Shown here: piece by piece, positions 1 through 10,493 of the stretch
Layout of the letters: each line of letters begins with the position of its first letter
Numbering within the stretch: the first letter of the stretch is position 1
Assembly (NCBI GenBank): GCA_003707115.1
Contig: PPNB01000008.1
Location: forward strand, 248,001-312,000
Length of the DNA stretch: 64,000 nucleotides
Source of the DNA: Tortispora ganteri
Lineage: Eukaryota
Direction: 5' to 3'
Notes under the pieces: generated by a model
What the model saw: only the letters and a program-made list of their open reading frames with translations
What the model was told of the DNA's origin: nothing
The model's database searches: none
Made by a program: the position numbers and the translations under genes

Positions 1-556
1 ATGATGGTGGAGGCGTTTTGTTGTTCAACGCGTCTGCAGCAGGTTTAATAGGTTTCAAATTTACAGTGGTTCTCTCTTTCGCATATTTTTTGGTATTCTT
101 TAAAGCGATGAGATGATTATTCTCAGAATTATAGTTGGAATTGGTGATCGATTTAGAGCGAGGGAGTCGAGTAGCACGGTGGCTAACTGCAGGAGTCAGT
201 TCAGGAATGATTGCAGGCGGTGTTTTGTATTTAGACAGCAGATTTGCGCCAGAATTGGCACTGGTGTTGGTATTGATATTGGTATTGGTTGTTGATACAT
301 GTTGTATTTTTGGATTTGCTGTTTTCTTTACAGACTTTCGCGTGTTTCGGGTGTGAATTCTTGTTTGATTGACGTTTAGATCAACATGGTCAGTTGAGGT
401 TTCTGTAATTGGCCGAAGCACGCTAGCGAACTTGGTATTTTGTTTCAGTTTCCTATTTGAAAAAGCAATTTTAGCTGATATAGGAACGAATATACCGGAT
501 TTATTAGAATTTGGTCTACTAAGCGGCGCCTGTGTGAGTTCGTCGTCGTCGTCCAT
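1..556 (-). CDS. Partial (runs off window) hypothetical protein, low-complexity N-terminus MDDDDELTQAPLSRPNSNK...
   Basis: Manual translation: ATG at 556, frame open to position 1 (~185 codons); absent from ORF track; family not recognised. Confidence 0.7.
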   Translation of the reverse strand, partial: MDDDDELTQAPLSRPNSNKSGIFVPISAKIAFSNRKLKQNTKFASVLRPITETSTDHVDLNVNQTRIHTRNTRKSVKKTANPKIQHVSTTNTNINTNTSANSGANLLSKYKTPPAIIPELTPAVSHRATRLPRSKSITNSNYNSENNHLIALKNTKKYAKERTTVNLKPIKPAADALNNKTPPPS

Positions 557-611
557 TGTTAAAGTTGAAGTTAGACAACAAGACACAAGACTTTTTACCT
601 TTTAATTGACC

Positions 612-1127
612 ATGCTCATCAGACAGGCGGAGGTCCGGGACCTTGTAGGAATGCAAAATTGCAATTTGCATAATTTACCTGAGAACTACGCACTAAAATA
701 TTATTTATATCATGCACTTTCTTGGCCTTTAGCGTCATTTGTGGCCGAAGAAAACGGCAAAGTCGTTGGCTACGTGCTGGCAAAAATAGAAGAAGAACCG
801 AGCGACGGCGTCCAACACGGCCACATCACATCTATTTCGGTACTACGAAATTACAGAAGGCTAGGAATTGCAAATAAGCTGATGAGAATGTCGTTACGCG
901 TACTCCGAGACACATACGGCGCAAAGTACGTTTCACTACATGTACGAAAGTCCAATCGGGCGGCGCTGAACTTGTACAAGCGGTCACTTAACTTCACACT
1001 CGTCGATATCGAGAGTGGATACTACGGCGATGGTGAGGATGCATACCAGATGCGAAAAGATTTAAAAGAGCTAGAGGAACCAGAGTTTAACGAGCTGAAC
1101 AAGTTCAGTGCACTGAGGGTGCACTAG
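612..1127 (+). CDS. ARD1: N-terminal acetyltransferase A catalytic subunit (Naa10)
   Basis: [54 protein letters not shown]; first ATG at 612. Confidence 0.97.
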   Translation: MLIRQAEVRDLVGMQNCNLHNLPENYALKYYLYHALSWPLASFVAEENGKVVGYVLAKIEEEPSDGVQHGHITSISVLRNYRRLGIANKLMRMSLRVLRDTYGAKYVSLHVRKSNRAALNLYKRSLNFTLVDIESGYYGDGEDAYQMRKDLKELEEPEFNELNKFSALRVH

Positions 1128-1144
1128 CTTGCCATCTCTCTCGC

Positions 1145-2056
1145 TCATATGTCATTGAGGGCGACGCAGATAGCGCCCTTATGGTGGCCGTTATACTGGC
1201 GTATTATCTGCGAAGAGGAAAGTTCCCATAACCGTGCGTAGTGGTCGCTAGACGCAGTGACCAGGTAGGCACTGTCTGCACTGAATGCGCAATCCCATAC
1301 CCATCGTTGATGGTTCGTCAGACTGGTCTCCAGGGTGAAGCCGTTGAGCGACCATATTCGTGCAGTGTGGTCTGCGGAACAAGTCGCTAGATGTTTCACG
1401 TCGGGCGAAATTAATGCCTTTGTCAAATATTTATTATGTGCACGCAGTTTAGTAACTGGATGCAAACTCGTAGCGTCATTCTCGTTAACCATTTTCCATA
1501 TATAGCAGTTGCCTTTGTTATTGCCTGCAACTAGCATCGATCCATCGGCGGCTACCGACACGGACCGCACAGGCACATCCTGCTCAGGAATGAGTTGGTG
1601 TGTACACGTACTTTCGCCCAGATCCCAGATCCGGATGTTGCCGTCTTGGTCGCCTGATATAAGTTCGCCCTGGTTGGGATGGATGACCACGTCGTTAACA
1701 GCCACTCCATGATGTTTGTAGTTTCTCTGCACAGTCGGAGTTCGCGTATCCCAGACTTTGACAGTTCCATCTTCGGAGCTTGTGACGAGCCATTTGCCAT
1801 CCGACTGGAATGCCACTGCCGTCACATTGTTCTTGTGGCCTTCGAATGTAATCACCGGATTCGGGTTCTGAGTGGTGATATCGTACAGCCTTACATGTAG
1901 GTGTCCAGCCGCCGCCAGAAATCTTTTATCAGGCGATATTGCCAATCTATTCACTTGCGAGCCAGGGTGTTGAATAGTGCGCGAACATATCCCCGACAGC
2001 GCCTCCCAGAACCTGATTGTGTGATCATAGCCGGCTGAGGCGAGGATTACTGACAT
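1145..2056 (-). CDS. LST8: TOR complex subunit Lst8 (WD40)
   Basis: MSVILASAGYDHTIRFWEALSGICSRTIQH, HQRWVWDCAFSADSAYLVTASSD; ATG at 2056. Confidence 0.97.
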   Translation of the reverse strand: MSVILASAGYDHTIRFWEALSGICSRTIQHPGSQVNRLAISPDKRFLAAAGHLHVRLYDITTQNPNPVITFEGHKNNVTAVAFQSDGKWLVTSSEDGTVKVWDTRTPTVQRNYKHHGVAVNDVVIHPNQGELISGDQDGNIRIWDLGESTCTHQLIPEQDVPVRSVSVAADGSMLVAGNNKGNCYIWKMVNENDATSLHPVTKLRAHNKYLTKALISPDVKHLATCSADHTARIWSLNGFTLETSLTNHQRWVWDCAFSADSAYLVTASSDHYARLWELSSSQIIRQYNGHHKGAICVALNDI

Positions 2057-2219
2057 TGTCGAAGTGCAAGTGGTAGTAGTGGAGGTTGCATCACAGACCA
2101 ACAACCTACTAAAGACCGTCTGAACAGGGGAAAAATGCGTTACAGTGCTACTAATCCAGTTCAAAGTATAATACTCGTATAAATAAAATTATGCAGTTAA
2201 CATAGCGAGCTTTATACAA

Positions 2220-2747
2220 TCATTCGGCTACGAGGACGTTGCTCTTTTCGAGAAGATCAGCGAGCTCGCCACTCTTGTGCATCGACATCACAATATCGCA
2301 GCCGCCAATAAATTCCTGATTTACATATAACTGTGGAATAGTTGGCCAATTCGAGAATTCTTTGATTCCTTCCCGCAAGTCGTTGTCTTCTAGTACATTA
2401 TAGGCAGCAAACTTCTGGGGATCGACCCCTTGCAATCCCAGAATCTGAATTGTAGCACGTGAAAAACCGCACATGGGCTGTTCTGGTGTACCCTTCATAA
2501 ACAGTACCACAGGTGCAGACTTGACCGCTTCTTCAATGGCAAATTTGGTGTCGTCACTCATATAGCGGCAGGCAAAAGGATTTAATACCGGGCGCACATT
2601 CCATGCTTTTCTATGCAGTACAGCGTTGTCCGCGCCGACTCTATTTAAAATGCTTATACTTCTGGTCGCTCTAGCGGTCGCAAAACGTCTACTTGCGACG
2701 ACTGTCTCTATGCGCAGCCGTTGACTTGCTACTCTCATTCCGATCAT
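2220..2747 (-). CDS. GRX5: Mitochondrial monothiol glutaredoxin
   Basis: FMKGTPEQPMCGFS (CGFS), WPTIPQLY, GGCD; Arg-rich presequence. Confidence 0.95.
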   Translation of the reverse strand: MIGMRVASQRLRIETVVASRRFATARATRSISILNRVGADNAVLHRKAWNVRPVLNPFACRYMSDDTKFAIEEAVKSAPVVLFMKGTPEQPMCGFSRATIQILGLQGVDPQKFAAYNVLEDNDLREGIKEFSNWPTIPQLYVNQEFIGGCDIVMSMHKSGELADLLEKSNVLVAE

Positions 2748-2874
2748 TGTAACTGGACGAAGTTAGAGTTGGTCTTGCTAGTTGGGCCAAGTGGACCAAT
2801 GGGAGGACGGGACCTAAGTTTGACGGCAGCAGGTAGGTATAAGAACGATACTGAGTGCCTAGTCTGACGACGGT

Positions 2875-3804
2875 CTACGCGTCAAGCGGCACGGGTTTGC
2901 TGTCGAGTAGCTCCAATTCGGCACGTAGCAGTTCATAGACGGAGAAGAACGTCATGTTTGTGAAAGCAGTGCGTGCCAGTGACACTTCGAGTCCACGGTA
3001 CATGCGCCGACTGAATATTGGCATCGATCGTTTACGCACATGACCGTGTGCGAGAATGTCGCGTTGATATATGCTCTTCTTAGTGTCAACAGGGAAGACA
3101 AACATCCACGAGAGCATGCCGCAGAGTGCACCGGCAAATGCAATAGCCTGTGGGGTGATGGGTCGATCAGGTGGGCTAAGCAGCACTTTTGTGGACTCAT
3201 AAACAGTAAAATATAGGCCTGTACCAACTGAGTCTCGTATTAAATGGTAGTAGAATCCAGAGTAAAGACCGCGGATACCCTTTGTGTCTATGATATGTTT
3301 CATAGCTTGGAACGTGCCTCTTCGTGGGGTCTCGCGGGAGATGGAATCTGGGGACATTGCTGCCTGCGAACGGAGCATGAGTCTTTCTATTTGTGCACTC
3401 AGTTTCGCAAACTCAAAAGGACATGCGAATAAAGTGACTATTGCGCCTGCAGACATGCCTGCGAGACCACAGGGCACTGTGCTGACGAGGAGGTCTGTAC
3501 CACGCATGCCAGAGTGCAGAGGGCTGGTTCCGAGCGCAGTAGCAATGCGATCACGCACAGAGACGTAAATCGAAAAAGAGGCGGTACGCGACATTGTCAC
3601 GGAGACCAACGGCGCGGACAGACCGCGGAAGAAGCCTCGCACACCCTCGGTCTGATGAGTGGTACGAACACAATCCCATACTGACGCAAATTTGTAGGCT
3701 TGCATTCTGGTTTTGACCGAGTCAAATGGGAAACCTACGGAGGTTGAACATACGGACGCTACGGAAGCGCATATAGCCGTCTTGCCGCCCTCTGTGGGAG
3801 CCAT
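2875..3804 (-). CDS. Mitochondrial carrier family protein (amino-acid/organic-acid carrier-like)
   Basis: Three PxD/ExxK repeats: PFDSVKTRMQ, PFEFAK, PVDTKK. Confidence 0.9.
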   Translation of the reverse strand: MAPTEGGKTAICASVASVCSTSVGFPFDSVKTRMQAYKFASVWDCVRTTHQTEGVRGFFRGLSAPLVSVTMSRTASFSIYVSVRDRIATALGTSPLHSGMRGTDLLVSTVPCGLAGMSAGAIVTLFACPFEFAKLSAQIERLMLRSQAAMSPDSISRETPRRGTFQAMKHIIDTKGIRGLYSGFYYHLIRDSVGTGLYFTVYESTKVLLSPPDRPITPQAIAFAGALCGMLSWMFVFPVDTKKSIYQRDILAHGHVRKRSMPIFSRRMYRGLEVSLARTAFTNMTFFSVYELLRAELELLDSKPVPLDA

Positions 3805-3867
3805 GAGATCGGTTCTGGTGCGGTTGGTGGAGATTGGTAATATAAAGTTGGGTAAAAGAGGTGGAGA

Positions 3868-4539
3868 TTACGCGCAAACTATAATCAGCGATGACACTAC
3901 GAGCCCCAACGCGGCCGTCGCCAGCACAATGCGGGTGCTGCTGCGGCTCCCTTCCGACATTGGACTATAAATGCTTGTAGCAGGTACAGTCGCAGTCGTA
4001 GAGGCATCAGTAGACGTTACGGGACCCGATATTTCTGACAAAGTGGACAATGTCGCGGGTACGCCTGAGGAGGTACTCGTAACGGTGTCTTGGGCTATCT
4101 GTGCAACAATTGGCGACAAACTGACACTTGCGGATGTACTAGCAGTCGATAAAACTGACGGTAAGCTCGACACAGCGTCGTAATTTTCCTGGAAAATTCC
4201 ATCGTTTTCAAAAATGCGGAGGAACCCGTGACCGTGATCTTTGGCCAGACACAGTTCGTCTATCAACTCTTCAACGTACTGTACTTGACCAGCGTGCGTA
4301 ATCCGAGCCTTTGGACAGAATGAGTAGCACTTGTTCAGCATGTCTGTCATGCTGAGACATTGACAGTACTGATCTTTGGTCCCACAACAGTATAAAGATT
4401 GCAGTGTACCTTTCATGCACTCGTTAACTTCCTGAGACCGACAAGGAGGTTCAACGACCTCCAAAAGGTTCTGAGGCCCTTTGTTCACGTACACTTGGCC
4501 CGCAACCGAAACAGCAAACACAAAACTAACTGTCTTCAT
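3868..4539 (-). CDS. Putative GPI-anchored Ser/Thr-rich cell-surface protein with Cys-rich N-domain
   Basis: Signal peptide MKTVSFVFAVSVAG, Cys cluster (CCGTKDQYCQC...CYSFCP), S/T-rich stalk, hydrophobic C-terminus. Confidence 0.8.
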   Translation of the reverse strand: MKTVSFVFAVSVAGQVYVNKGPQNLLEVVEPPCRSQEVNECMKGTLQSLYCCGTKDQYCQCLSMTDMLNKCYSFCPKARITHAGQVQYVEELIDELCLAKDHGHGFLRIFENDGIFQENYDAVSSLPSVLSTASTSASVSLSPIVAQIAQDTVTSTSSGVPATLSTLSEISGPVTSTDASTTATVPATSIYSPMSEGSRSSTRIVLATAALGLVVSSLIIVCA

Positions 4540-5690
4540 TGTAGATGTTTAAATTGATATACTGGCAAAATTTAAATTGTGGATATATCGCCAACACATA
4601 TCTCAATGCTTTTCACTGCATTTTACCGCATACACTAGGCATATATGCAGATTTCTTCAGTCGCCAATCTCATCACAAAACTTTAATAGCAATAAAGTTT
4701 TGGTACCTTATTTTCGCACCGCTAAACCACGAAATGCACCCTTATAGTAATATATTAGGTTCTGGTTGCCTGCGCGTTTCGGCGCGCTTGAGAGGGTCCT
4801 GTACCAACTGCTAAACTAGTCAAAATATCTGATTGGTAATATTTACATTTGGAGGAGTCTAGGCCGCACCGATATACGAGCGTTGAGTCTCCAGGCCGAG
4901 CCGATCCCGAATGACCCCGTTCGGAACCACGCCTTTTTCATGAATTGCGTATATATACACACAGGAGTGGCCTTAAAAGAAAAATAATAAAAAAATAAAA
5001 AGAAGGAAAAAGATTCACGCTAAATTATAAACCTGTCTTGCTAAAAGTTAACTAACAAACCGTCCGAAAGTACTTTTAATCCTAAAGCTTCAAAACAAGA
5101 TCAACCAAATGTCTAACGGCGAGCTAAATGACAGCATCCCGAAAGTCACCGTGACAGCCTCCGAACCTTCAACACAACAACCCATATCTATCGAAATGGC
5201 GGAAATCTCTTCAGAAACTACCGTTGAGCCAACGAAAACTGCAGCGACACACACTACAAGTTCTGCAGGAACACCGACTACAATGCGTAAGTATAAACTA
5301 AAAACTATGATTGGACAAAAGCAAAATTAAGGTTTCGTATTTCTCCGTGAGGCACCCAGTCCCCCTCCTATAATTAGTGCCAACATTGGGCCGAAAATTC
5401 CCTATCGTTCTCTCTTCGCGCTTTAGCGTAATATTTTTCGTAATTCAAGACACTCTTCTACCTCTGTTTGATTACGAGAGGATAGAGTGACTTATATTGA
5501 CTGCGTACCCTTTCAGCTGAAGCCAAGTGTTGCCATTTGGCGAACAAATACTGCCTTGCTCTTTGTGTCCCTTTGACCGGTGGCTTGGAAGAAAAAAATA
5601 TATCTGCACTACACTACACTACACTCCCTTGTCAGCCAGGACCTTCACCAGTCTTATCATTTTTTAGGTTTAAACGCATCTGAATAGACA

Positions 5691-6401
5691 ATGAATTCTT
5701 CATCGAACGCACTGTCCGTTGAGCCATCCTCATCCACGGTTTTATCGTCATCTTACTTGTCTTCATCGTCTTTAGTTGAATCTTCAACAACGATAGCGAC
5801 ATCAACTAACACTGTAGATACACTCACAACTACTACTGCATTAACGACATCCACACCTGAAGTTACTGTTGTGCTTACAACTTCAACCCTTTTGCTAACG
5901 ACCTCCGAGACGCCGACTTTGGTTACTAGTATTGCTACAAATGCTGCAACTACTGTCTCTTCCACTAGCGATGTGCCTGCATCATTAAGCACCGCCTCTT
6001 CCTCTTCCGGTTTGAGCAAAAGCGCCACTATCGGCGTCGCTGTGGGCGTCCCTGTAGGCGTGCTAGTGCTCGTTGCAGTTGTTGGTCTGCTTATGTTCCG
6101 ACACTTTCGCAAAAAACGTAACGACCGCGACGCAGCTCGGCAAAGCATCGATGACTACGATTTTCGCTCTGACTCTCCGCAAGTCGCAGCTGCAGCTGCC
6201 GCTGCTGGCATTGCCACGGCTGCAGGTGCCTCCTCTTATGGATCTCCAAGTTCGCCAATACATGCACCAGAGATCAATGAGAAAAACAGCACCGACGAAG
6301 AAGAGTACCGTGGCTGGGCCACTACTAAACGCCTGCCTGACTCTGACTCAGATACATCTGTTCCTGACCCTAATATAAGAGGAGTTGCTGCCAATTTCTA
6401 A
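5691..6401 (+). CDS. Ser/Thr-rich single-pass membrane protein (Mid2/Wsc-like sensor architecture)
   Basis: S/T-rich ectodomain, GLSKSATIGVAVGVPVG TM helix, basic stop-transfer RHFRKKR; no clear signal peptide. Confidence 0.75.
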   Translation: MNSSSNALSVEPSSSTVLSSSYLSSSSLVESSTTIATSTNTVDTLTTTTALTTSTPEVTVVLTTSTLLLTTSETPTLVTSIATNAATTVSSTSDVPASLSTASSSSGLSKSATIGVAVGVPVGVLVLVAVVGLLMFRHFRKKRNDRDAARQSIDDYDFRSDSPQVAAAAAAAGIATAAGASSYGSPSSPIHAPEINEKNSTDEEEYRGWATTKRLPDSDSDTSVPDPNIRGVAANF

Positions 6402-6551
6402 TACTACTGGCTGCTTGCTTTCTACAGTATCTAATAACTTTGCATCTGACTAGCAGCGTTTTTTTTGCCGCATCGGGGAAACACTTACGACTACTTCCTA
6501 AACGCATATTGCATTTATTACTTCCGTCATAATCAATCATTAATAAACCTA

Positions 6552-7196
6552 TCACACTACCAGCAACACCAGTAGTACAATGAGAATTATCGTAAGGAGC
6601 GCGATACAGCAATTACTGACCGTATCTTTGTTGTTTTCTAGCACGTAATTAATTCGTTTCATGCCTCTGCGCAGCCTGTCCTGCACACGATCGATATTGT
6701 AGTCCATATCGTCGATCAGCGCACTGTGTTCAAGCAGTTCGTCGCCCATCAGTTGTGCCTGATTGCGCAGCGTCTGTACAGAACCCATCACACCATCCAG
6801 ATCGCGGTCCTGTTGCTCGATAATCAGTTGCTGTTGTTCTGCAGCAAATCGCGTGACTGTCTCGTCCTTGTCAGGATCCTGTACCGTCACAACGCTTTGC
6901 AACGGTTGGCACAGCTCTGTCAGCTGCTCCTCATACTCCGCAAGTTTCACTTTCCGCCGCTGTATCGTCGCCAAATCAACACCATATTGGCTTGGATCGC
7001 CTTCAGCAGTCTCGATCGCTACTTTCATGTCTTCGAACGTATCGCGGATCTCGTCGACGAGCGCCTTCGCTTCCTTCACCGTCTCATCGTATTCTGGCCC
7101 TTGTGTACCCTGCAGACGCTCCAGCGAATATACATCGTTCTTCAGCGTCTCTAGCTGCTCAATGACGTCCGTCTCAACCTGACTGTACGGGTCCAT
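6552..7196 (-). CDS. TLG1: Qc-SNARE, syntaxin-6 family
   Basis: MDPYSQVETDV N-domain, SNARE motif EQQDRDLDGVMGSVQTLRNQAQLMGDEL, NCCI plus C-terminal TM. Confidence 0.9.
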   Translation of the reverse strand: MDPYSQVETDVIEQLETLKNDVYSLERLQGTQGPEYDETVKEAKALVDEIRDTFEDMKVAIETAEGDPSQYGVDLATIQRRKVKLAEYEEQLTELCQPLQSVVTVQDPDKDETVTRFAAEQQQLIIEQQDRDLDGVMGSVQTLRNQAQLMGDELLEHSALIDDMDYNIDRVQDRLRRGMKRINYVLENNKDTVSNCCIALLTIILIVLLVLLVV

Positions 7197-7342
7197 GGCC
7201 GGTCGCTTGCAGATTGAATATGCGCGGCGTTAGAAGTAGAACTAGAACCAACACTAAACCCAAACCCTATTGTGCGGCTGGGCGCAAGCGATCACTTTAT
7301 TGGGACCGGGACGACCGATCGCTATAGAGGCAGCATCTAGCC

Positions 7343-7348
7343 CACGTG
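7343..7348. promoter_or_regulatory. CACGTG E-box (Pho4-type site) upstream of PHO81
   Basis: CCCACGTGC ~25 bp before the PHO81 ATG, without the T/A flanks of Cbf1 sites. Confidence 0.5.
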
Positions 7349-7373
7349 CTCCTCTTCTACCCATCATTCTACC

Positions 7374-10300
7374 ATGAAATTTGGCAAATATCTGGCCAAA
7401 AGGCAGCTAGAGCTGCCAGAATATGCCTCATGCTTCATGGATTACAAGGCGCTCAAGAAGCTTATCAAGCATCTTGGTGACGGGTCTGCAGCGGCTCTTC
7501 TGGCAAACAAAACAGTCTTCTTCTTCAGGCTTGAGCGCGAACTCGACAAGGTCAACGACTGCTACCTCAACAAAGAAGCAGAGCTCACGTCGAGACTTGA
7601 TTCACTACTTGAAAAACGGGCGCTGATACCAGAAATGCCTGCTATCTATTCAATGTCTCTGGTCAAAGCCCTGCAGCACTTCAGACGTGACCTTGACAGG
7701 CTCCAGCTCTTTGTCGAACTCAACGGCACTGGGTTCTCCAAAGTACTGAAAAAATGGGATAAACGCTCAAAAAGTCACGTTAAGGAGCTATACCTCTCTC
7801 GCGCTGTTGAGGTACAGCCTGTATTCCATCGCGATGTCATCGCTACGCTCTCCGATAAAGTATCTGAAGCATTGCTCGAACTGGACTCCTACCCGAACCC
7901 GCCGCAACAGACGCTCGCAACAATTAGATCGTTTTCCACCACGCCTAATCATTTTGCGGAAATTGATCTCGTCGCTTCACAGCTCGACGACCCAGACGTT
8001 CTCCAGCCATGGCTCGATCAGGTCCGCGCGAATGACGCTAATCCCAAAATTCAAGTAACTCGTCTGTTTCTCCACTTGATAGCTTCGCCAACCTCCTCAG
8101 ATTCTGCCATCCTATCTCTCTTTGACTCAGGATTAGTAGACCTTTCATTACCAGATGATATCAATGCCAGAAATGCGCTACATGAAGCCGCAATTGCTGG
8201 CCGCGAGCAGATCATTCGTGCTTGCCTTGATCATGGGGCTGATCCGTCCGTCAAAGACAATTTCGGAAGGAATCCTCTTCACTATGCCGTTATAAATGGC
8301 AACGATTCTCTATTGCCATTGCTAATATCTCCATCGCTGGTCGATACTACAGACAACGATAACTACTCCCCACTAGTGTTCGCTATTATCAATAACCGAC
8401 TCAATGCTGCGAAAATCCTACTGGCTTCAGGCGCATCTTCAGGCCCTACTTCAACTCAGAATTACATTCCTTTAAATCTAGCCTGTCAGCACGGCCTTAC
8501 TGAAATTGTCCAACTTCTCCTTGATCATTCTGCTCCAATGCTTCCTGACGTAGAGGGTCTTTTCCCTATACACCTTGCTGCGAGAGCAGGCCACCACGAA
8601 CTGATACCTTTGCTACATAAAGCTGGAGCAGACCCAGATCACCTGTGTAAATTTAACGGATGGACAGCATTGTTCTATGCCGCCTCAGAGGGCCACTATA
8701 AAGTCATCGAGGAACTGTTGAGTGTTGGCGCTAACCCGTCTGTCACTGACGAGAAGAATCACGCTCCTTTACATTACGCTGCCTGGGAAGGAAATCCTAC
8801 AGCTCTAGATCTTCTTGCTCCTATAACGCAAATACCAGCTAAGGCTGACACCCTCAGAAAACGTCCTATGGAGTCTGACGATGACGACGATATTTCTGTG
8901 ATTGCAGCGTCCGGTAACAGCCAAAATTTCTCCTCTGAGGTCGATGCAATCCCTGATCTGTATCTGCCTCCGCCTATGCTACCTCTAAGAAGATACGGTC
9001 ACCATTATCTAGACAGGAAGATCATGATCAGACTTTCTTTTGACTCCAAGTACTCTGGAAAGCCAGCTATTACATTTTACTCCGACAACGATGACTACCC
9101 ATCTACAAGGCTGCTGGTTGCCAGTAAACACTCGGATGTACTTCCGCGGACCTTGCCTATTCCGCTTGCGGATGACGACAACCTGCTCACTTTCCAGGTA
9201 GATCAGCTGGAAACATTCTCTATTGAGTTCGAACTATATCCAGCATTTGGATCAAAAATGGTCGCAAGAACTGTTGGATTGCCAGATTTATTTAACGACA
9301 AACACTCTACTAAGAGGTTTGCAGACTTAGGTAATGCTGGAGGTGTATTCACACTCCCATTATTTGATACGCGACTGAAAGTTATAGGTGAGATCAGTTT
9401 CTCTTTCTTAGTGATTCGCCCATTTGTTGGCACACCATTGGAGATTAATCGATTTGAGCCGTACTGGAAATCTACTACTGAAGCTGAACCGAGCCATAAG
9501 CTTGGACAATTGTCGCCCTCAAGATTTAGCCTGGCGCCCGCAGGGGCTACTCTGAGACCTGCACGCACTCAGTCATTTGTCACATCATACTCGCTACGTG
9601 GGGAATATCTGCGCACGCCGATCCAAATAACTAAGGACGGCAAGGCAATTGTTTGCAACAATTTTATGCTTAATATCTATGAGGGTATTTCTGTTCCGAT
9701 ATGGTCGCTCAACTTATCTGAGATATCGCAGTTGCCGCATTTTGTGCACTTGGATCAGCTTAAGATCACCGAGGGACGTGATTCTGAAATAGTCAAGCTT
9801 CTCTCTGGAAATATTATGCTTTTGGAGGACCTTTTATTTGTGCTTCCATCTTCTACTAACCTTGAGTTGGAGTTACTGTACCCCACAGACGCAGACACCA
9901 TTGCATTAGGTACAGAAGGCTCTAATTCTGGAATTATCGATGTAAATATATTTGCCGATGCAATTTTGAATTCAGTGTTTGAGTCTACAAGACATTCTTA
10001 TCAGCTAAACAGTACGTCAAGAGAAATTATATTCACATCTTCTCACGCTACTGTTTGTTCTACGTTCAACTGGAAACAACCAAACTACCCAGTATTTTTC
10101 CACTGCTCTGCTCTCAAATGTGAACAGACCAAGTTCTACACCACTACTGCGCATGGATACCACGCTGTAGACTCTAAGCAGGAAGACAAGAACTGTGTCG
10201 CTATTCGAGAAGCCACTCAGTTCGCGCAAACTAATAATCTTATGGGCGTCATTTGGAGCATCGATCTGCTTAGTTTGGTACCTTCATTGGCTACAAGTAT

Positions 10301-10439
10301 ACGTGCACTAGGTCTGGTGTTGGTTGGAGAAGTTGAATCAGAAGGTCATGTCTCTTTGGAAGGGCTTCCTGAGGATACCGACGGTCTTCGTTCGAAACAT
10401 TACACGTCATTTGTTGGTACAGACACCACAAAATACTAA
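7374..10439 (+). CDS. PHO81: SPX-ankyrin CDK inhibitor Pho81/Nuc-2
   Basis: MKFGKYL SPX start, ankyrin repeats, IPDLYLPPPMLPLRRYGHHYL, C-terminal GDPD-like NWKQPNYPVFF. Confidence 0.93.
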   Translation: MKFGKYLAKRQLELPEYASCFMDYKALKKLIKHLGDGSAAALLANKTVFFFRLERELDKVNDCYLNKEAELTSRLDSLLEKRALIPEMPAIYSMSLVKALQHFRRDLDRLQLFVELNGTGFSKVLKKWDKRSKSHVKELYLSRAVEVQPVFHRDVIATLSDKVSEALLELDSYPNPPQQTLATIRSFSTTPNHFAEIDLVASQLDDPDVLQPWLDQVRANDANPKIQVTRLFLHLIASPTSSDSAILSLFDSGLVDLSLPDDINARNALHEAAIAGREQIIRACLDHGADPSVKDNFGRNPLHYAVINGNDSLLPLLISPSLVDTTDNDNYSPLVFAIINNRLNAAKILLASGASSGPTSTQNYIPLNLACQHGLTEIVQLLLDHSAPMLPDVEGLFPIHLAARAGHHELIPLLHKAGADPDHLCKFNGWTALFYAASEGHYKVIEELLSVGANPSVTDEKNHAPLHYAAWEGNPTALDLLAPITQIPAKADTLRKRPMESDDDDDISVIAASGNSQNFSSEVDAIPDLYLPPPMLPLRRYGHHYLDRKIMIRLSFDSKYSGKPAITFYSDNDDYPSTRLLVASKHSDVLPRTLPIPLADDDNLLTFQVDQLETFSIEFELYPAFGSKMVARTVGLPDLFNDKHSTKRFADLGNAGGVFTLPLFDTRLKVIGEISFSFLVIRPFVGTPLEINRFEPYWKSTTEAEPSHKLGQLSPSRFSLAPAGATLRPARTQSFVTSYSLRGEYLRTPIQITKDGKAIVCNNFMLNIYEGISVPIWSLNLSEISQLPHFVHLDQLKITEGRDSEIVKLLSGNIMLLEDLLFVLPSSTNLELELLYPTDADTIALGTEGSNSGIIDVNIFADAILNSVFESTRHSYQLNSTSREIIFTSSHATVCSTFNWKQPNYPVFFHCSALKCEQTKFYTTTAHGYHAVDSKQEDKNCVAIREATQFAQTNNLMGVIWSIDLLSLVPSLATSIRALGLVLVGEVESEGHVSLEGLPEDTDGLRSKHYTSFVGTDTTKY

Positions 10440-10493
10440 AATATGCGAAAAAATGTGTATTCATTTTTTTTTTTTTGCTATATACATGCATAT

